Position numbers and translations under genes: made by a program. Below, piece after piece: positions 1 through 10,541 of a stretch of DNA of 64,000 nt. Position 1 is the stretch's first letter. Each line of letters begins with the position of its first letter. The stretch spans positions 216 to 64,215 of the forward strand of contig CAXTCI010000003.1 in assembly GCA_964242325.1 (NCBI GenBank). Reading direction: 5' to 3'. The DNA comes from an uncultured Acetobacteraceae bacterium (GTDB lineage Bacteria > Pseudomonadota > Alphaproteobacteria > Acetobacterales > Acetobacteraceae). The notes beneath the pieces are model-generated. The model worked only from the letters and a program-made list of their open reading frames with translations. It was not told the DNA's origin and searched no databases.

Positions 1-145
1 ACCAGCGCCAGGACAGGCCCGGCGGCGGGAATTGCAGGAACGGCGCCGCGCTGAACGACACGATCACCACCACCGCCAGCGGCGCCAGCAGCAGCGCCGC
101 CGCCAGCAAACACATGCCGCCGCGCAGCACCCGCCAGGGCGCCAT
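1..145 (-). CDS. ABC transporter permease, N-terminal fragment running off the window (PotC-like partner)
   Basis: Minus-strand ATG at 145 lies 14 nt after the stop of the upstream permease. My translation is MAPWRVLRGGMCLLAAALLLAPLAVVVIVSFSAAPFLQFPPPGLSWRW, a typical first TM segment of a polyamine-type permease. It is not in the ORF track because it is truncated. Confidence 0.6.
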   Translation of the reverse strand, partial: MAPWRVLRGGMCLLAAALLLAPLAVVVIVSFSAAPFLQFPPPGLSWRW

Positions 146-159
146 GCCGTCGCCGGCGC

Positions 160-978
160 TCACCGTGCGACCGCCCGCAGCCCCACCGTCGCGTGCACGG
201 CCCAAAGCAGCAGCCCGGTAGACGCCAGCAGGACAAGGGACAGCGCCCCGGCGACGCCCCAGTTGCCGTGGCCGATCTGGTCCTGGATCATCTGGGCGAC
301 CATGAACTCGCGCGGTCCGCCCAGCATGGCCGGCAGCACGTAGTAGCCCAGTGCGCTGATATAGACGAGCGTGGCCCCAGCCATCAGCCCCGGCAGCGTA
401 AGCGGTAGATACACCCGCAGGAAGGCGCGGGCCGGGTGCGCGCCCATCGTCATCGCCGCCTGCATCAGCGAGGGCTCGATCCGCGCCATGGCCGCGTGCA
501 GTGGAAACACCGCAAAGGGCAGCAGCGTCTGCAGCGCGCCCAGCATCAGCCCGGTCATGTTGTAAAGCAGCGGCACCGGCGCATCCGTGATCCCCAGCGC
601 GAGCAGCGCCGCGTTCACCGGGCCGTTGCGCTGCAGCAGGATCACAGTGGCGAAGGCGCGCACCAGCAGGCTGGTCCAGAACGGCACCAGCACCACCGCC
701 ATCAGCACGCGCCGCAGCCGCGGCCCGCCATGCGCCATTGCGTGCGCGACGGGGAAGCCGAGCAGGAGGCAGGCCGGGGTCAGCGCCGCGCTGATCAGCG
801 CAGTGTTCCAAACCACGCGCAGGTAAACCGGCCGCTCCCACAGCAGCGCAAAGTTCTGCAAACCTAACCGCGGCTCGGTGAACGCCCGCAGCAGCAGCCA
901 GCCCACCGGCCAAACGAAGGCCGCCAGCAGCAGCAGCACCGACGGCGCCAGCAGCCAGGCGTGCCGGCCCACCCGCAC
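160..978 (-). CDS. ABC transporter permease (polyamine/PotB-like)
   Basis: 272-aa multi-TM ORF with an EAA-type loop (IEPSLMQAAMTMGAHPARAFLRVYLPLTLPG). GTG start. Lies in an operon with a solute-binding protein. Confidence 0.85.
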   Translation of the reverse strand: MRVGRHAWLLAPSVLLLLAAFVWPVGWLLLRAFTEPRLGLQNFALLWERPVYLRVVWNTALISAALTPACLLLGFPVAHAMAHGGPRLRRVLMAVVLVPFWTSLLVRAFATVILLQRNGPVNAALLALGITDAPVPLLYNMTGLMLGALQTLLPFAVFPLHAAMARIEPSLMQAAMTMGAHPARAFLRVYLPLTLPGLMAGATLVYISALGYYVLPAMLGGPREFMVAQMIQDQIGHGNWGVAGALSLVLLASTGLLLWAVHATVGLRAVAR

Positions 979-996
979 CCGTTCAGCGCCCGCGGT

Positions 997-2055
997 CTAG
1001 GACAGCTTCCAGGCGTCCCACCGTTCCGTCAGCGCCTTCTGGTTGTCCCGCCAGTAGGCGGCGTTGATGACGAACCCTTTCTCGACGTTGGCCGGCGCCG
1101 TGGACAGCCAGGGTTCGACCGCCTTGTCGATGGACCCGAACGCCGCCGGGTTGGTAGGGGCGTAGGCGATGAGGTTGGCAAGCTTCGCCTGGTTCTCCGC
1201 CAGGGTCATCGTGTCGATCAACTGCATCGCCGCCACCCGGTTGCGGCTGCCGTGCGGGACGACCAGGTAGTCAACCGACTGGATGTTCTGCTCCCACGAC
1301 ACCGCGATGGGCGCGCCCTTCTTCGCCGCGTCGAAGGCCCGGCCATTGAGGATCACCCCAAGCCCGACCTCCCCGTCAATGAAAAGCTGCTGCGACTGCG
1401 AGTTGGTGGCCCAGAACACCGTCTCGCCACGGATGGTATCGAGCTTGCGGAAGGCTCGATCCACATCGAGCGGATACAGCTTATCGGGCGCCACCCCATC
1501 GGCCAGCAGCGCGACCTCAAGCGTCGCCACGACGTTGTCCGCCAGGGTGCGCTTGCCGGGAAAGCGCTGCAGGTCGAATAGGTCGGCCCACGTATGCGGC
1601 TCCTTGCCGGCTGGATACGTCTTGGTGTTGTAGCCGAGGTTGTAAGACCAGACGATGCAGCCGACCCCGTTCGGATGCACGAAGCGCGGCGAGATGCGGC
1701 CGGTGCCCACCAAGTCGGAGTCTATAGGCTCGAACAGGTTGTCGGCGCTGCCGGCATACAGGAAATCTATGGTGACGTCGGTCACGTCCCAGTCGGGTGC
1801 GCCGCCCTCGGCCATCGCGCGGAACTTGGCGATGTCCATCGGGCCGTCCTGCACCACGCGGGCGCCGGTCGCGGCGGCGAACGGGTCGCAGTAGCAGACG
1901 CGCTCGGCATCCTGGTAGGCGCCGCCCCAGCTTGCGAACACGACAGTCTTGCCCTTGAGGTCCGCCGCCGCATGGGCGCTGGCGGCCCACAGGCCGGAAC
2001 AGGCGGAGGCGCCGAGTAGGACGGCGCGGCGGGTGGCAGTTGGGCGCATGGCCAT
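997..2055 (-). CDS. ABC transporter periplasmic substrate-binding protein (family 1, PotD/PotF-like)
   Basis: Start trimmed to ATG 2055 (MAMRPTATRRAVLLGASACSGLWAASAHA, a signal peptide). The longer track ORF 997..2589 overlaps the next gene and is Arg/Gly-rich junk. Confidence 0.85.
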   Translation of the reverse strand: MAMRPTATRRAVLLGASACSGLWAASAHAAADLKGKTVVFASWGGAYQDAERVCYCDPFAAATGARVVQDGPMDIAKFRAMAEGGAPDWDVTDVTIDFLYAGSADNLFEPIDSDLVGTGRISPRFVHPNGVGCIVWSYNLGYNTKTYPAGKEPHTWADLFDLQRFPGKRTLADNVVATLEVALLADGVAPDKLYPLDVDRAFRKLDTIRGETVFWATNSQSQQLFIDGEVGLGVILNGRAFDAAKKGAPIAVSWEQNIQSVDYLVVPHGSRNRVAAMQLIDTMTLAENQAKLANLIAYAPTNPAAFGSIDKAVEPWLSTAPANVEKGFVINAAYWRDNQKALTERWDAWKLS

Positions 2056-2102
2056 GCGGTCGGTCCTCCGGGGTTGGTCCTTGGGGGGGGGCATCTGGCA
2101 GA

Positions 2103-3410
2103 TCAGTCTTGCAGGTTTTCCCGCAAGGTGCGGCCGGCATACTCGGTGCGGAACAGGCCGCGGCGTTGCAACTCGGGTACCACGCCGCGGCAGAACTGCT
2201 CGAACATGCCGGGGAACGTCGTGGGCGTCACCACGAAACCGTCGCACACCCCGGCCTCGAACAGCTCCTGCAGCCGGTCGGCGATCATGATGGGGGTGCC
2301 GACCAGCTCCCGCCCTTCGGCCCGCTTCACCGCGGCCTGCTTGAAGCCGATGCCCTCGGCCTGCATGACCTGGTCCAGCAGGTCCTTGGTGCCCTGCATC
2401 CCCTGGTTGCCCTGCAACTGCTCCAGCGTGGTCCCCGGCGCGAGCCGGGTCAGGTCGGCGCCGACGCTGCTGGAGGTGGCGGCCAGGCTCAGCTCCGGGT
2501 CTATGAGGCTGTTCAGGTAGTCCGCCCGCTCCCGCGCGATGGATTCGGTCTCGCCAAGCACCATCGTCACCGCGGGCAGGATGGCGCACTCGTGCGGCGC
2601 GCGGCCGTGCGCGGCCAGCCGGCCCTTCAGGTCGCCGTAGAAGGCACGCATCTCGCCCTCGCCGCGCTGGATGGTGAACACGGCCTCCGCCCAGCGCGCC
2701 GCGAACTCCCGTCCGCGGTCGGAGCTGCCGGCCTGCATGATGACCGGGCGGCCCTGCGGGCTGCGCGGGATCGACAGCGGCCCGCGCGACTTGACCCAGC
2801 GTCCCACGTAGTTGGCGTAATGGACCTTCGCCGGGTCCGCGAGCACGCCGGCCTGCTTGTCGAGCACGAAGGCGTCGGCGTCCCAGCTATTCCAAAGGGC
2901 GAAACAGGCCTCCAGCACCTCGTCCGCGCGGTCATACCGCTCGTCCTTGGGGGGCAGCTCGTCCAACCCGGCGTTCTGCGCCTCAAGGTCGGTCGCGGAC
3001 GTGACCACGTTCCAGGCGACCCGGCCCTTGCTCATGACGTCCAGCGAGCCGAGCCAGCGCGCCAGGTGGTAGGCGCTGTGGAAGCTGGTCGAGAGCGTCG
3101 CGCCCAGGCCGAGGTGCCGGGTGGCCGCCGCCATGACCGGCAGCACGACGGTCGGATCGAGGAAGCTGATCTGGCCGCCGCGGCGCACGTAGGCGTCGTA
3201 GCTGCCGCCATGCAGGTCATACAGCCCAAACAGGTCGGCGAAGAAGCAGCCATCGAACCGCGCGGCCTCAAGCAGCCGGGCGATGCCCTCGTAGCGGCTC
3301 GGTTCCAGGATGTCGTCGAGCGTTGATTCCGGGTGGCGCCAGCCGCCGACGTGCAGCGCGGTCGGGCCGGTCTTGAGATAGGCGACGAGGTGCATCCGGC
3401 GCGGTGGCAT
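2103..3410 (-). CDS. NtaA/SnaA/DszA-family FMN-dependent (luciferase-like) monooxygenase
   Basis: 435 aa with an N-terminus typical of the family (MHLVAYLKTGPT..HVGGWRHP). Full-length similarity pattern to nitrilotriacetate-monooxygenase-like enzymes. Confidence 0.9.
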   Translation of the reverse strand: MPPRRMHLVAYLKTGPTALHVGGWRHPESTLDDILEPSRYEGIARLLEAARFDGCFFADLFGLYDLHGGSYDAYVRRGGQISFLDPTVVLPVMAAATRHLGLGATLSTSFHSAYHLARWLGSLDVMSKGRVAWNVVTSATDLEAQNAGLDELPPKDERYDRADEVLEACFALWNSWDADAFVLDKQAGVLADPAKVHYANYVGRWVKSRGPLSIPRSPQGRPVIMQAGSSDRGREFAARWAEAVFTIQRGEGEMRAFYGDLKGRLAAHGRAPHECAILPAVTMVLGETESIARERADYLNSLIDPELSLAATSSSVGADLTRLAPGTTLEQLQGNQGMQGTKDLLDQVMQAEGIGFKQAAVKRAEGRELVGTPIMIADRLQELFEAGVCDGFVVTPTTFPGMFEQFCRGVVPELQRRGLFRTEYAGRTLRENLQD

Positions 3411-3733
3411 CTGCTTCCCTACCGCGCCTGCCGGGGCGGCGGCAATCGCAGCCGAAGCGGCATTGGTGCAGGGATCGAGCTGACGCTAGGCTGGCCCGTC
3501 CCGGGCGCTGACCAGGCGATCCGGATGAACGTGGGCTTTGCGATGGGATCATCGTGTTCGATGCTGCGACGGAGATGGCAACTACGGGAGCGACGCCCGC
3601 CGCCCCAAGTGCCGCATAGCTGGCACAATGTTTGCTTCGTAGCTACCGGTGGGCCCAGGTCAGCGGTTGTGCCGGTGCCTCGTGCAGTCCGGAGCCGGGT
3701 GCATGGGCAGGCGGCCGAAAGGAGGCAGCGGTG

Positions 3734-4717
3734 ATGTTGGATGTCTTGCCCCTCCGCAGTCGAAGCGGGACCGATGCCGACTGCTTCGACACGGAGGCGG
3801 TCGCGTCCAAGGACCGGTTCAGCTACTGGAATGAGACGATATGCGCGTTTCTGAGCCCGGTTGACAGCATCCAGCTCGCAAAGGACCGCCCGTTCTCGGC
3901 CAAGCTGCATCGGATGGACGCAGGCGCGCTGCAAGTGAGCGACATCCGGTTTTCCCCGATGCGCAACGACCGGACGCGGGACCTCCTGCGCAGCAGGCCG
4001 AACGAGAACTTCTTCGTCGCCCTGATGGTCGCCGGGCACGGCCGGCTCGTGCAGGACCAGCGATGCGCCACACCCGGCCCAGGGGACGTCGTCATCTATG
4101 ACTCCGGACGCCCGTTCACCTGGGCATTCGATGGCGACAGCAGGATGCTGATCGGGCAACTGCCCCGGCGGTTGCTGTCGTCGCGTATCCCGGCGCCAGA
4201 TCAGATCGCGGCCCGGACGCTGCGCTGCGGCGATCCCTGCGTGTCCCTCGTCGCCAGCGTGCTGAACGAGACGATCAGGCTGGACGCCGCACCGGACGAA
4301 CCCGCGTTGCAGCGCCTGGGCACCACGCTGGCAGACACGCTGGCGGCGGCGCTCGAATTCGGCCTGACCCAGGGCAAGCACAGTCTCGGCCACCAGGACC
4401 TGCTCGGTCGCGCCAAGGCCACCCTGCTGCGCCACGTCGAGGACCCCGACTTCGACTTCTCACGGCTGGTCAACGAACTCGGCGTGTCCGGGCGCACGCT
4501 CTGCCGGGTTTTCGCCGCTGACGGCACGACGGCCATACGGTGGTTGTGGCGGCAGCGGCTTGAACACGCCCACCGGCTGCTGGACGAGCGGCGGGTCAGC
4601 ACCGTCAGCCAAGCCGCGATGCGGTCCGGCTTCAACGACCTGTCGCATTTCGCGCGAGCCTTCAAGACCCGGTACGGGGAAATGCCGAGATCGGTCTTGC
4701 GCGAGCGCGCTCAATAG
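3734..4717 (+). CDS. AraC-family transcriptional regulator
   Basis: C-terminal AraC HTH (RTLCRVFAADGTT..WLWRQRLEHAHRLL..SGFNDLSHFARAFKTRYGEMP). ATG 3734 is preceded by GGAGG at 3720-3724. Divergent from the monooxygenase. Confidence 0.85.
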   Translation: MLDVLPLRSRSGTDADCFDTEAVASKDRFSYWNETICAFLSPVDSIQLAKDRPFSAKLHRMDAGALQVSDIRFSPMRNDRTRDLLRSRPNENFFVALMVAGHGRLVQDQRCATPGPGDVVIYDSGRPFTWAFDGDSRMLIGQLPRRLLSSRIPAPDQIAARTLRCGDPCVSLVASVLNETIRLDAAPDEPALQRLGTTLADTLAAALEFGLTQGKHSLGHQDLLGRAKATLLRHVEDPDFDFSRLVNELGVSGRTLCRVFAADGTTAIRWLWRQRLEHAHRLLDERRVSTVSQAAMRSGFNDLSHFARAFKTRYGEMPRSVLRERAQ

Positions 4718-4859
4718 CGGGCGCATCCGGTCCATCAGACCGCTCCGGGCCGGTCTGGCACGCACGGTCAAGTATTTTGGCGAGGGGAGCCGAGACACAA
4801 GCGAGAGCCGAACCTACCAACGCCAAGCCATACGAATTCAGCTCCTGGGAAACCGCCAC

Positions 4860-6239
4860 GTGCACTACGAATCCATCGCCAGCCTTTCCGCTGGGATCAA
4901 GAACAAGTCGGTCTCTCCGGTCGAGGTGACACGATACATGTTGGCCCGGATCGCGGCCCGCGACGGGACGAGCGGAGCCTTTGCGACGCTGACGGCCGAC
5001 CGTGCGACGGCGCGGGCTGCGGCAGCCGAGCAGGAAATCGAGCGGGGCCTGTGGCGCGGCCCTTTGCACGGAATTCCAATCGGCCTGAAGGACATCATCT
5101 ACACCGACTTCGCCGAGACCGCAGCAGGCACGGCAATCCATCACGGCTTCAAGCCGCCGTTCAGCGCCACGGTCACCGAACGCCTAGAGGCGGCCGGCGC
5201 GATCACCTTGGGCAAGCTGAAGACGACCGAGCAGGCGTTCGCCGACCACCATCCGTCGATCCCGGCGCCGATCAATCCATGGGGGGCGGATTATTGGACC
5301 GGTTCGTCATCGTCCGGCTCGGGGGTGGCGACGGCAGCCGGGCTGGCGTTCGGCACGCTCGGGTCGGATACCGGCGGCTCGATCCGCCTGCCGTCGGCGG
5401 CGAACGGGATCACCGGCCTGAAGCCGACCTGGGGCAGGGTCAGCCGGTATGGCGTGTTCCCGTTGGCCGACACGCTCGACCATGTGGGCCCGATGACCCG
5501 CTCGGCCGTGGATGCGGCGATCATGCTGGAGGCGATCGCCGGGGCGGACCCGAACGATCCGACCGCGCTGCGCGACCCGGTACCAGCGTATGCGTCCCTT
5601 TGCGAAGCGGGCATACGCGGCCTCAAGATTGGCATGCCGCGCGACTTCGTCATGTCCGGGATCGACGATCAGGTGGCGGCTGCATGGGAGGCGACGTCCC
5701 GGTCGCTCGAGCGGCTCGGGGCCGTGCTGCATCCGATGGAATTCCCGGAATGGCGCGAAGCGGTGGGTCATTGGGGCCTGCTTTGCGCTGCCGAGACCGC
5801 CTGGGCGCACCGCGACACGCATCCGTCGCGCAAGGCGGAGTATGGGGCGGTGCTCTCGAACTTCATCGAGATGGGGCAGTCGGCGACCGCGCCGCAGCTT
5901 GCCGAGGCCAACATCGCCCGCGTGACGTTCCAGTCGCGCATGGCGGCGGCGTTCGGCGGCTTGGACCTTATCCTGATGCCGACGCTGCCGTCCCGGGTGC
6001 CGACCACGGCGGAGTGGCTGGGTCGGGCAGGGGGCGACTTCTCCGAATACCTGCGCTTCACCATTCCGGCCGACCTGACCGGCGGCCCGACGATCACCTT
6101 CCCCGCGTCTTTCGACACCGGCGGCATGCCGATCACGATGCAGCTCTATGGCCCTCACCTTTCGGAGCCATTGCTCTGCCAAGCGGGAGCGGCGTTCCAG
6201 CGCGCGACCGACTGGCACCTCCGCCACCCGCAGGATTGA
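4860..6239 (+). CDS. Amidase (amidase-signature family)
   Basis: Amidase-signature motifs GSSSSGSGVATAAG and GSDTGGSIRLPSAANG. The start is uncertain; in-frame GTG 4860 gives about 459 aa. The upstream part of track ORF 4560.. overlaps the AraC gene. Confidence 0.85.
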   Translation: MHYESIASLSAGIKNKSVSPVEVTRYMLARIAARDGTSGAFATLTADRATARAAAAEQEIERGLWRGPLHGIPIGLKDIIYTDFAETAAGTAIHHGFKPPFSATVTERLEAAGAITLGKLKTTEQAFADHHPSIPAPINPWGADYWTGSSSSGSGVATAAGLAFGTLGSDTGGSIRLPSAANGITGLKPTWGRVSRYGVFPLADTLDHVGPMTRSAVDAAIMLEAIAGADPNDPTALRDPVPAYASLCEAGIRGLKIGMPRDFVMSGIDDQVAAAWEATSRSLERLGAVLHPMEFPEWREAVGHWGLLCAAETAWAHRDTHPSRKAEYGAVLSNFIEMGQSATAPQLAEANIARVTFQSRMAAAFGGLDLILMPTLPSRVPTTAEWLGRAGGDFSEYLRFTIPADLTGGPTITFPASFDTGGMPITMQLYGPHLSEPLLCQAGAAFQRATDWHLRHPQD

Positions 6240-6279
6240 ACGCGCACCGTCTTCCCCCTTGTTCCGAGGCGCCTCTGAC

Positions 6280-7272
6280 ATGACCGTTCCCGACTGGCTC
6301 AATACCTCCATCATGGCAAAGCGCGGCGTGGCGGCCGGCAAGAAAGGCCGCGAGCATCGGATCACCGACGCCGAACAGGGCGAGCACCACTTTGTTTATG
6401 GCCCCTACGCCAAGCCGATCCTGACCATCGAACCCGGTGACACGCTGGTCGTGGACACCGAGGACGCCTTCAGCGGCAAGATCACCTCCGAGCAGGACAA
6501 GCCGAGCGAAAAGCTCAACCATCCCTTCCTCAACCCGCAGAGCGGGCCGTTCGGCGTGCGCGGCGCCGAGAAGGGCGACTGCCTTGCGGTGCACATCCAG
6601 TCGGTCGAAACGCGCGGCGAATACGGCACGACGGCCCTGATCCCCGAGTTCGGCGGCCTGGTCGGAACGGCTGCCACGGCCATGCTCAACCCGCCGCTGC
6701 CCGAAAAGGTGAAGCGGATGCGCATTGATGCCGCCGGGGTGCATTTCAGCGACAAGATCGTGTTGCCCTATGAGCCGTTCATCGGCACCATCGGGGTATC
6801 GCCGCAGATCGAGGCGATCTCCTCCCTGGTGCCGGACTATTACGGCGGGAACATGGACTTGCCGGACGTGGCGCCGGGAGCCGTGATCTACCTGCCGGTC
6901 AACATTCCCGGCGGGTCCCTGTTCGTCGGCGACTGCCACGCGACCCAGGGGGACGGCGAACTCACCGGGGTCGCGGTCGAACAGCGGGCGACCGTCCGCC
7001 TGACGGTAGACGTGATCAAGGGATGGAGCTTCGCCTGGCCGCGGCTGGAAACGGCCGACGTCATCATGACGATCGGCAGTGCGCGCCCGTTGGAAGACGC
7101 GGCGCGCATCGCCTACCGCGAGCTGTGCCGCTGGATGGCGTCCGAATACGGCTTCGACGAGCTCGACGCATACATGCTGCTGAGCCAAGCCGGCCGTATC
7201 CGCCTCGGCAATATGGTCGATCCCAAGTACACGATGGGCGCTTCCATCCTGAAAAAGTATCTCGCTGCCTGA
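6280..7272 (+). CDS. Acetamidase/formamidase-family protein
   Basis: Family motifs YYGGNMDLPD and GDCHATQGDGE. ATG 6280 (MTVPDWLN). Confidence 0.9.
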   Translation: MTVPDWLNTSIMAKRGVAAGKKGREHRITDAEQGEHHFVYGPYAKPILTIEPGDTLVVDTEDAFSGKITSEQDKPSEKLNHPFLNPQSGPFGVRGAEKGDCLAVHIQSVETRGEYGTTALIPEFGGLVGTAATAMLNPPLPEKVKRMRIDAAGVHFSDKIVLPYEPFIGTIGVSPQIEAISSLVPDYYGGNMDLPDVAPGAVIYLPVNIPGGSLFVGDCHATQGDGELTGVAVEQRATVRLTVDVIKGWSFAWPRLETADVIMTIGSARPLEDAARIAYRELCRWMASEYGFDELDAYMLLSQAGRIRLGNMVDPKYTMGASILKKYLAA

Positions 7273-7331
7273 GTCTGGAGCTGCATGTGCCCGGGCGCGG
7301 TGTTGGACGTGTAAGCCGTAAGGAGGATCGG

Positions 7332-8567
7332 ATGAATTTGAAATCGATATTGCTGGGCGGCGCGGCGGCGCTGATGTTGGGCATGCAAGGCACCCCAGCG
7401 AAAGCCGCCGACCCGATCAAGGTCGGCCTCGTCGAGGACATTTCGGGCGACTTCGCAGCGATCGGCTTGCCCAAGCTGCACGGCTCGATGCTGGCGATGG
7501 AAGAGATCAATAAGGCCGGCGGGATCATGGGCCGCCCAATAGAGATCACCCATCTCGATCCCCAGGGCGACAACGCCCGCTACCAGGAGTTCGCACGCCG
7601 CTTGCTGGAGCGGGACCATGTTGACGTGCTGATCGGTGGCATCACCTCGGCGTCGCGCGAGGCGATCCGCCCGATCGTGGACAAGGGGAGCACACCTTAC
7701 TTCTACACCAACCAATATGAAGGCGGCGTGTGCGACGCCAACGAGTTCTCGACCGGCGCCATCCCCGAGCAGCAGTTCTCGACCCTCATCCCCTACATGG
7801 TCAAAACGTTCGGCCCGAAGGCCTACGTGATAGCGGCCGACTACAATTTCGGCCAGCTTTCCGCCGAATGGAACCGCGCGATCCTCAAGCAGTCCGACGT
7901 CAACGGCTCCGTGGTCGGCGAGGAGTTCATCCCGCTCGGCGTCAGCCAGTTCGCCCAGACCATCCAGAACATCCAGAAAGCCAAGCCCGATTGGCTGCTG
8001 ACCATCAACGTCGGCGACGCGCAGGACAGTTTCTTCGAGCAAGCCTCGGCCGCGAAGCTCAACCTTCCCATGGGGTCTTCCATCAAGATCATGCTCGGCT
8101 TTGAGCACAAGCGGTTCAAGCCGCCGGCGCTCAACAACATGCACGCGGCGGCGAACTGGTTCGAGGAGCTGAACACGCCGGCTGCCGAAGATTTCAAGAA
8201 GCGCTGGCACGCCAAGTATCCGGACGAGCCGTATATCAATGACATGGGCTACAACGCCTACGTCACCATGTATCTGTACAAGTCGATGGTGGAGAAGGCG
8301 AAGTCAACCAAGCTTGAGGACCTCCGTCACGCGGTGGCGGACGGCAATCTCTGCGTGGACGCTCCCGAGGGCCGCATCTGCGTGGACCCAAAAAGCCAGC
8401 ATATGAGCCATCACATGTATCTGCTGTCGGTGGACGCCAAGCACGACGTGCACATTGACAAGGATTTCGGTGTCATCCAGCCATATTGGCTTTCTCAAGT
8501 CGGCTGCGACCTGACCAAGGACAATCCGCAGGAGCAATACAGCCCAGACAACCTGCCGCAGAAGTAA
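7332..8567 (+). CDS. Amide/urea-type ABC substrate-binding protein (AmiC/FmdD-like, LivK fold)
   Basis: AGGAGG at 7321-7326 precedes ATG 7332. Signal peptide MNLKSILLGGAAALMLGMQGTPAKA. AmiC-like core (GGIMGRPIE, YFYTNQYEGG). Confidence 0.85.
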   Translation: MNLKSILLGGAAALMLGMQGTPAKAADPIKVGLVEDISGDFAAIGLPKLHGSMLAMEEINKAGGIMGRPIEITHLDPQGDNARYQEFARRLLERDHVDVLIGGITSASREAIRPIVDKGSTPYFYTNQYEGGVCDANEFSTGAIPEQQFSTLIPYMVKTFGPKAYVIAADYNFGQLSAEWNRAILKQSDVNGSVVGEEFIPLGVSQFAQTIQNIQKAKPDWLLTINVGDAQDSFFEQASAAKLNLPMGSSIKIMLGFEHKRFKPPALNNMHAAANWFEELNTPAAEDFKKRWHAKYPDEPYINDMGYNAYVTMYLYKSMVEKAKSTKLEDLRHAVADGNLCVDAPEGRICVDPKSQHMSHHMYLLSVDAKHDVHIDKDFGVIQPYWLSQVGCDLTKDNPQEQYSPDNLPQK

Positions 8568-8595
8568 CGGCTTCGACCAGGCGAGGACATCGGCA

Positions 8596-9462
8596 ATGCT
8601 GGGCGACCTTTTCTCCTACCTCTACCAGTTTGCCGACGTCTTCGCCTTCTTGATCCTGTCGTCGGCTGGGCTTGCCATCGTGTTCGGCATGATGGGCGTC
8701 ATCAACATGGCCCACGGCGAGTTCATCATGTGCGGGGCGTATGTCACCGTGGGCATGAGCCGGCTTGGGCTGCCCTTGGTGCTGTCCCAGCTTTGCGGCG
8801 CGCTGGTCGCCGGGCTGCTCGGCGTGGTGGCCGAGGTCGTCATCGTCCGGCGCTTCTACCAGCGCCCGGCCGCTACCTCGCTGGCTACCTGGGGACTAAG
8901 CCTGGTCGTCACGCAGGGGACGGTCCTGCTGCTCGGCTCCAGCCTGGCCGGGATCGGCACGCCGGTGGGCAGCTTCACCGTCGGCGAGTATTCCTTCTCG
9001 ACGTATCGGATGGAGCTGTTCGGCGCATCGCTGGCAGTGCTGGCCTTCGTCTACATCGTCTTCATGCGCACCCAGTTCGGTGTTCTGGCCCGGGCCACGA
9101 TGCAGCACGCGTCCATGGCGCGGGCGCTCGGGGTGCGGATCAACTGGGTGTATGCGCTCAGCTTCGGCCTGGGCACCGGGCTCGCCGGCCTGTGCGGCGG
9201 GCTTTACGCGCCCACGATGAGCCTGATCCCGACCATGGGGTCCTCCTTCGTGGTCGAGAGCTTCGTCACGGTGGTGATCGGCGGCGCCAACCTTCTGCTC
9301 GGCACCGCGCCCGCCGGCGTCCTGCTCGCCATCATCCGCACCGGCCTGAATGCCTGGCATGGCCAGATCGTCGGTCAGATCGGGATGCTGCTCGCCGTCA
9401 TCCTGGTCATCCGCGTCCTGCCCGATGGGATCACCGGCTGGGTCAACCGGCGTCTGCGCTGA
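8596..9462 (+). CDS. Branched-chain/urea-type ABC permease (LivH/UrtB-like)
   Basis: 288-aa polytopic protein with the typical LivH N-terminus and INMAHGE motif. Confidence 0.9.
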   Translation: MLGDLFSYLYQFADVFAFLILSSAGLAIVFGMMGVINMAHGEFIMCGAYVTVGMSRLGLPLVLSQLCGALVAGLLGVVAEVVIVRRFYQRPAATSLATWGLSLVVTQGTVLLLGSSLAGIGTPVGSFTVGEYSFSTYRMELFGASLAVLAFVYIVFMRTQFGVLARATMQHASMARALGVRINWVYALSFGLGTGLAGLCGGLYAPTMSLIPTMGSSFVVESFVTVVIGGANLLLGTAPAGVLLAIIRTGLNAWHGQIVGQIGMLLAVILVIRVLPDGITGWVNRRLR

Positions 9463-9476
9463 ACGAGAGAACCCGC

Positions 9477-10538
9477 ATGCTCCATCTCCTCAATGGTCCA
9501 CAGACGCTAGGGACGGGACCGCGTTTCTGGGGCGGTTTCGCCGTCGTCCTCGCGCTGGCGCTTGCCTATCCGCTCGTGGCCGATCCCTACGATGTCGGCA
9601 ACTTCGCCTACTTCCTAATTTGGATTTTCATGGCGCTCGGCCTGTGCCTCATGTGGGGCTATGGCGGCGTGATGTCGTTCGGGCAGACCTTCTTCTTCGG
9701 CATCTCCGGCTACTCCTATGGCGTCATCGCCATCAATCTCGGCGGGCGGGGCTTCTCGACGTTCGAAGCGCTCGCGCTCGCGGTGCTGCTGGCCGCCGCC
9801 GTGGCCGCCGTGCTCGGCTATTTCATGATCTGGGGCCGTGTCGGCGGCGTCTTCTTCGGAATCGTCACCTTGGCCTCGGCGCTCGTCCTGGCCTTCTTCC
9901 TCGGTCAAACGGCAGGGCCGGAATGGCGGATCGGCCGCGCCCGCCTGAACGGCTTCAACGGCATGAAGGGGATGAGGGCGCTCAACATGCCATGGGGCGA
10001 CCACACGCTCGTCTTCGACGGGGTCGCCCTCTACTTCCTGATGATCGGCATGCTGCTCGTCGTCTACCTCGGCCTGCGCATGCTGGTGAACTCCCGCTTC
10101 GGCAACGTGGTCGTCGCGATCCGCGAGGACGAGCAGCGCGCCGAGCTGCTCGGCTACGACGTCCGCAAGTATCGGCTGGCGACCTTCTGCATCGGCAGCG
10201 CGCTGGCCGGGCTGAGCGGCGCGCTTTATACCGCCTGGGGCCAGTTCATCACGCCGTCCAGCATCGGCCTGCCGTTCGCCGCAATGCCGATCGTCTGGGT
10301 GTCATTCTCCGGGCGCCAGGACCTGACGGCGACGCTCGTCGGCACCTTCGTCTTCCTGTTCGCGTATCAGCTGCTCACCGTCTACAGCCAGCAGGCCGCA
10401 CTCGTGCTGACCGGGCTCCTGCTCCTGCTGACGGTGATGTATGTTCCGGAAGGCTTCGTGGTCGGCCTGGTCAAGCTGGTGAGCTGGCCGGCCCGGCGGC
10501 GGCACGCTTCGGTGCTCGCCACGCCGGCCGGGGAGTGA
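9477..10538 (+). CDS. Branched-chain/urea-type ABC permease (LivM/UrtC-like)
   Basis: Start trimmed to ATG 9477 (MLHLLNGPQ). Contains [12 protein letters not shown]. The N-terminal part of the track ORF overlaps the previous gene out of frame. Confidence 0.9.
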   Translation: MLHLLNGPQTLGTGPRFWGGFAVVLALALAYPLVADPYDVGNFAYFLIWIFMALGLCLMWGYGGVMSFGQTFFFGISGYSYGVIAINLGGRGFSTFEALALAVLLAAAVAAVLGYFMIWGRVGGVFFGIVTLASALVLAFFLGQTAGPEWRIGRARLNGFNGMKGMRALNMPWGDHTLVFDGVALYFLMIGMLLVVYLGLRMLVNSRFGNVVVAIREDEQRAELLGYDVRKYRLATFCIGSALAGLSGALYTAWGQFITPSSIGLPFAAMPIVWVSFSGRQDLTATLVGTFVFLFAYQLLTVYSQQAALVLTGLLLLLTVMYVPEGFVVGLVKLVSWPARRRHASVLATPAGE

Positions 10539-10541
10539 AAG

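Noticed and set aside
997-2589. N-terminal extensions of several track ORFs (for example 997..2589, 8730..10538, 7023..8567, 4560..6239, 21491..22696 and 39556..42534)
   Set aside because: The extensions overlap the neighbouring genes and are Arg/Gly/Pro-rich. Internal starts with an RBS and a signal peptide or domain N-terminus give normal protein lengths.
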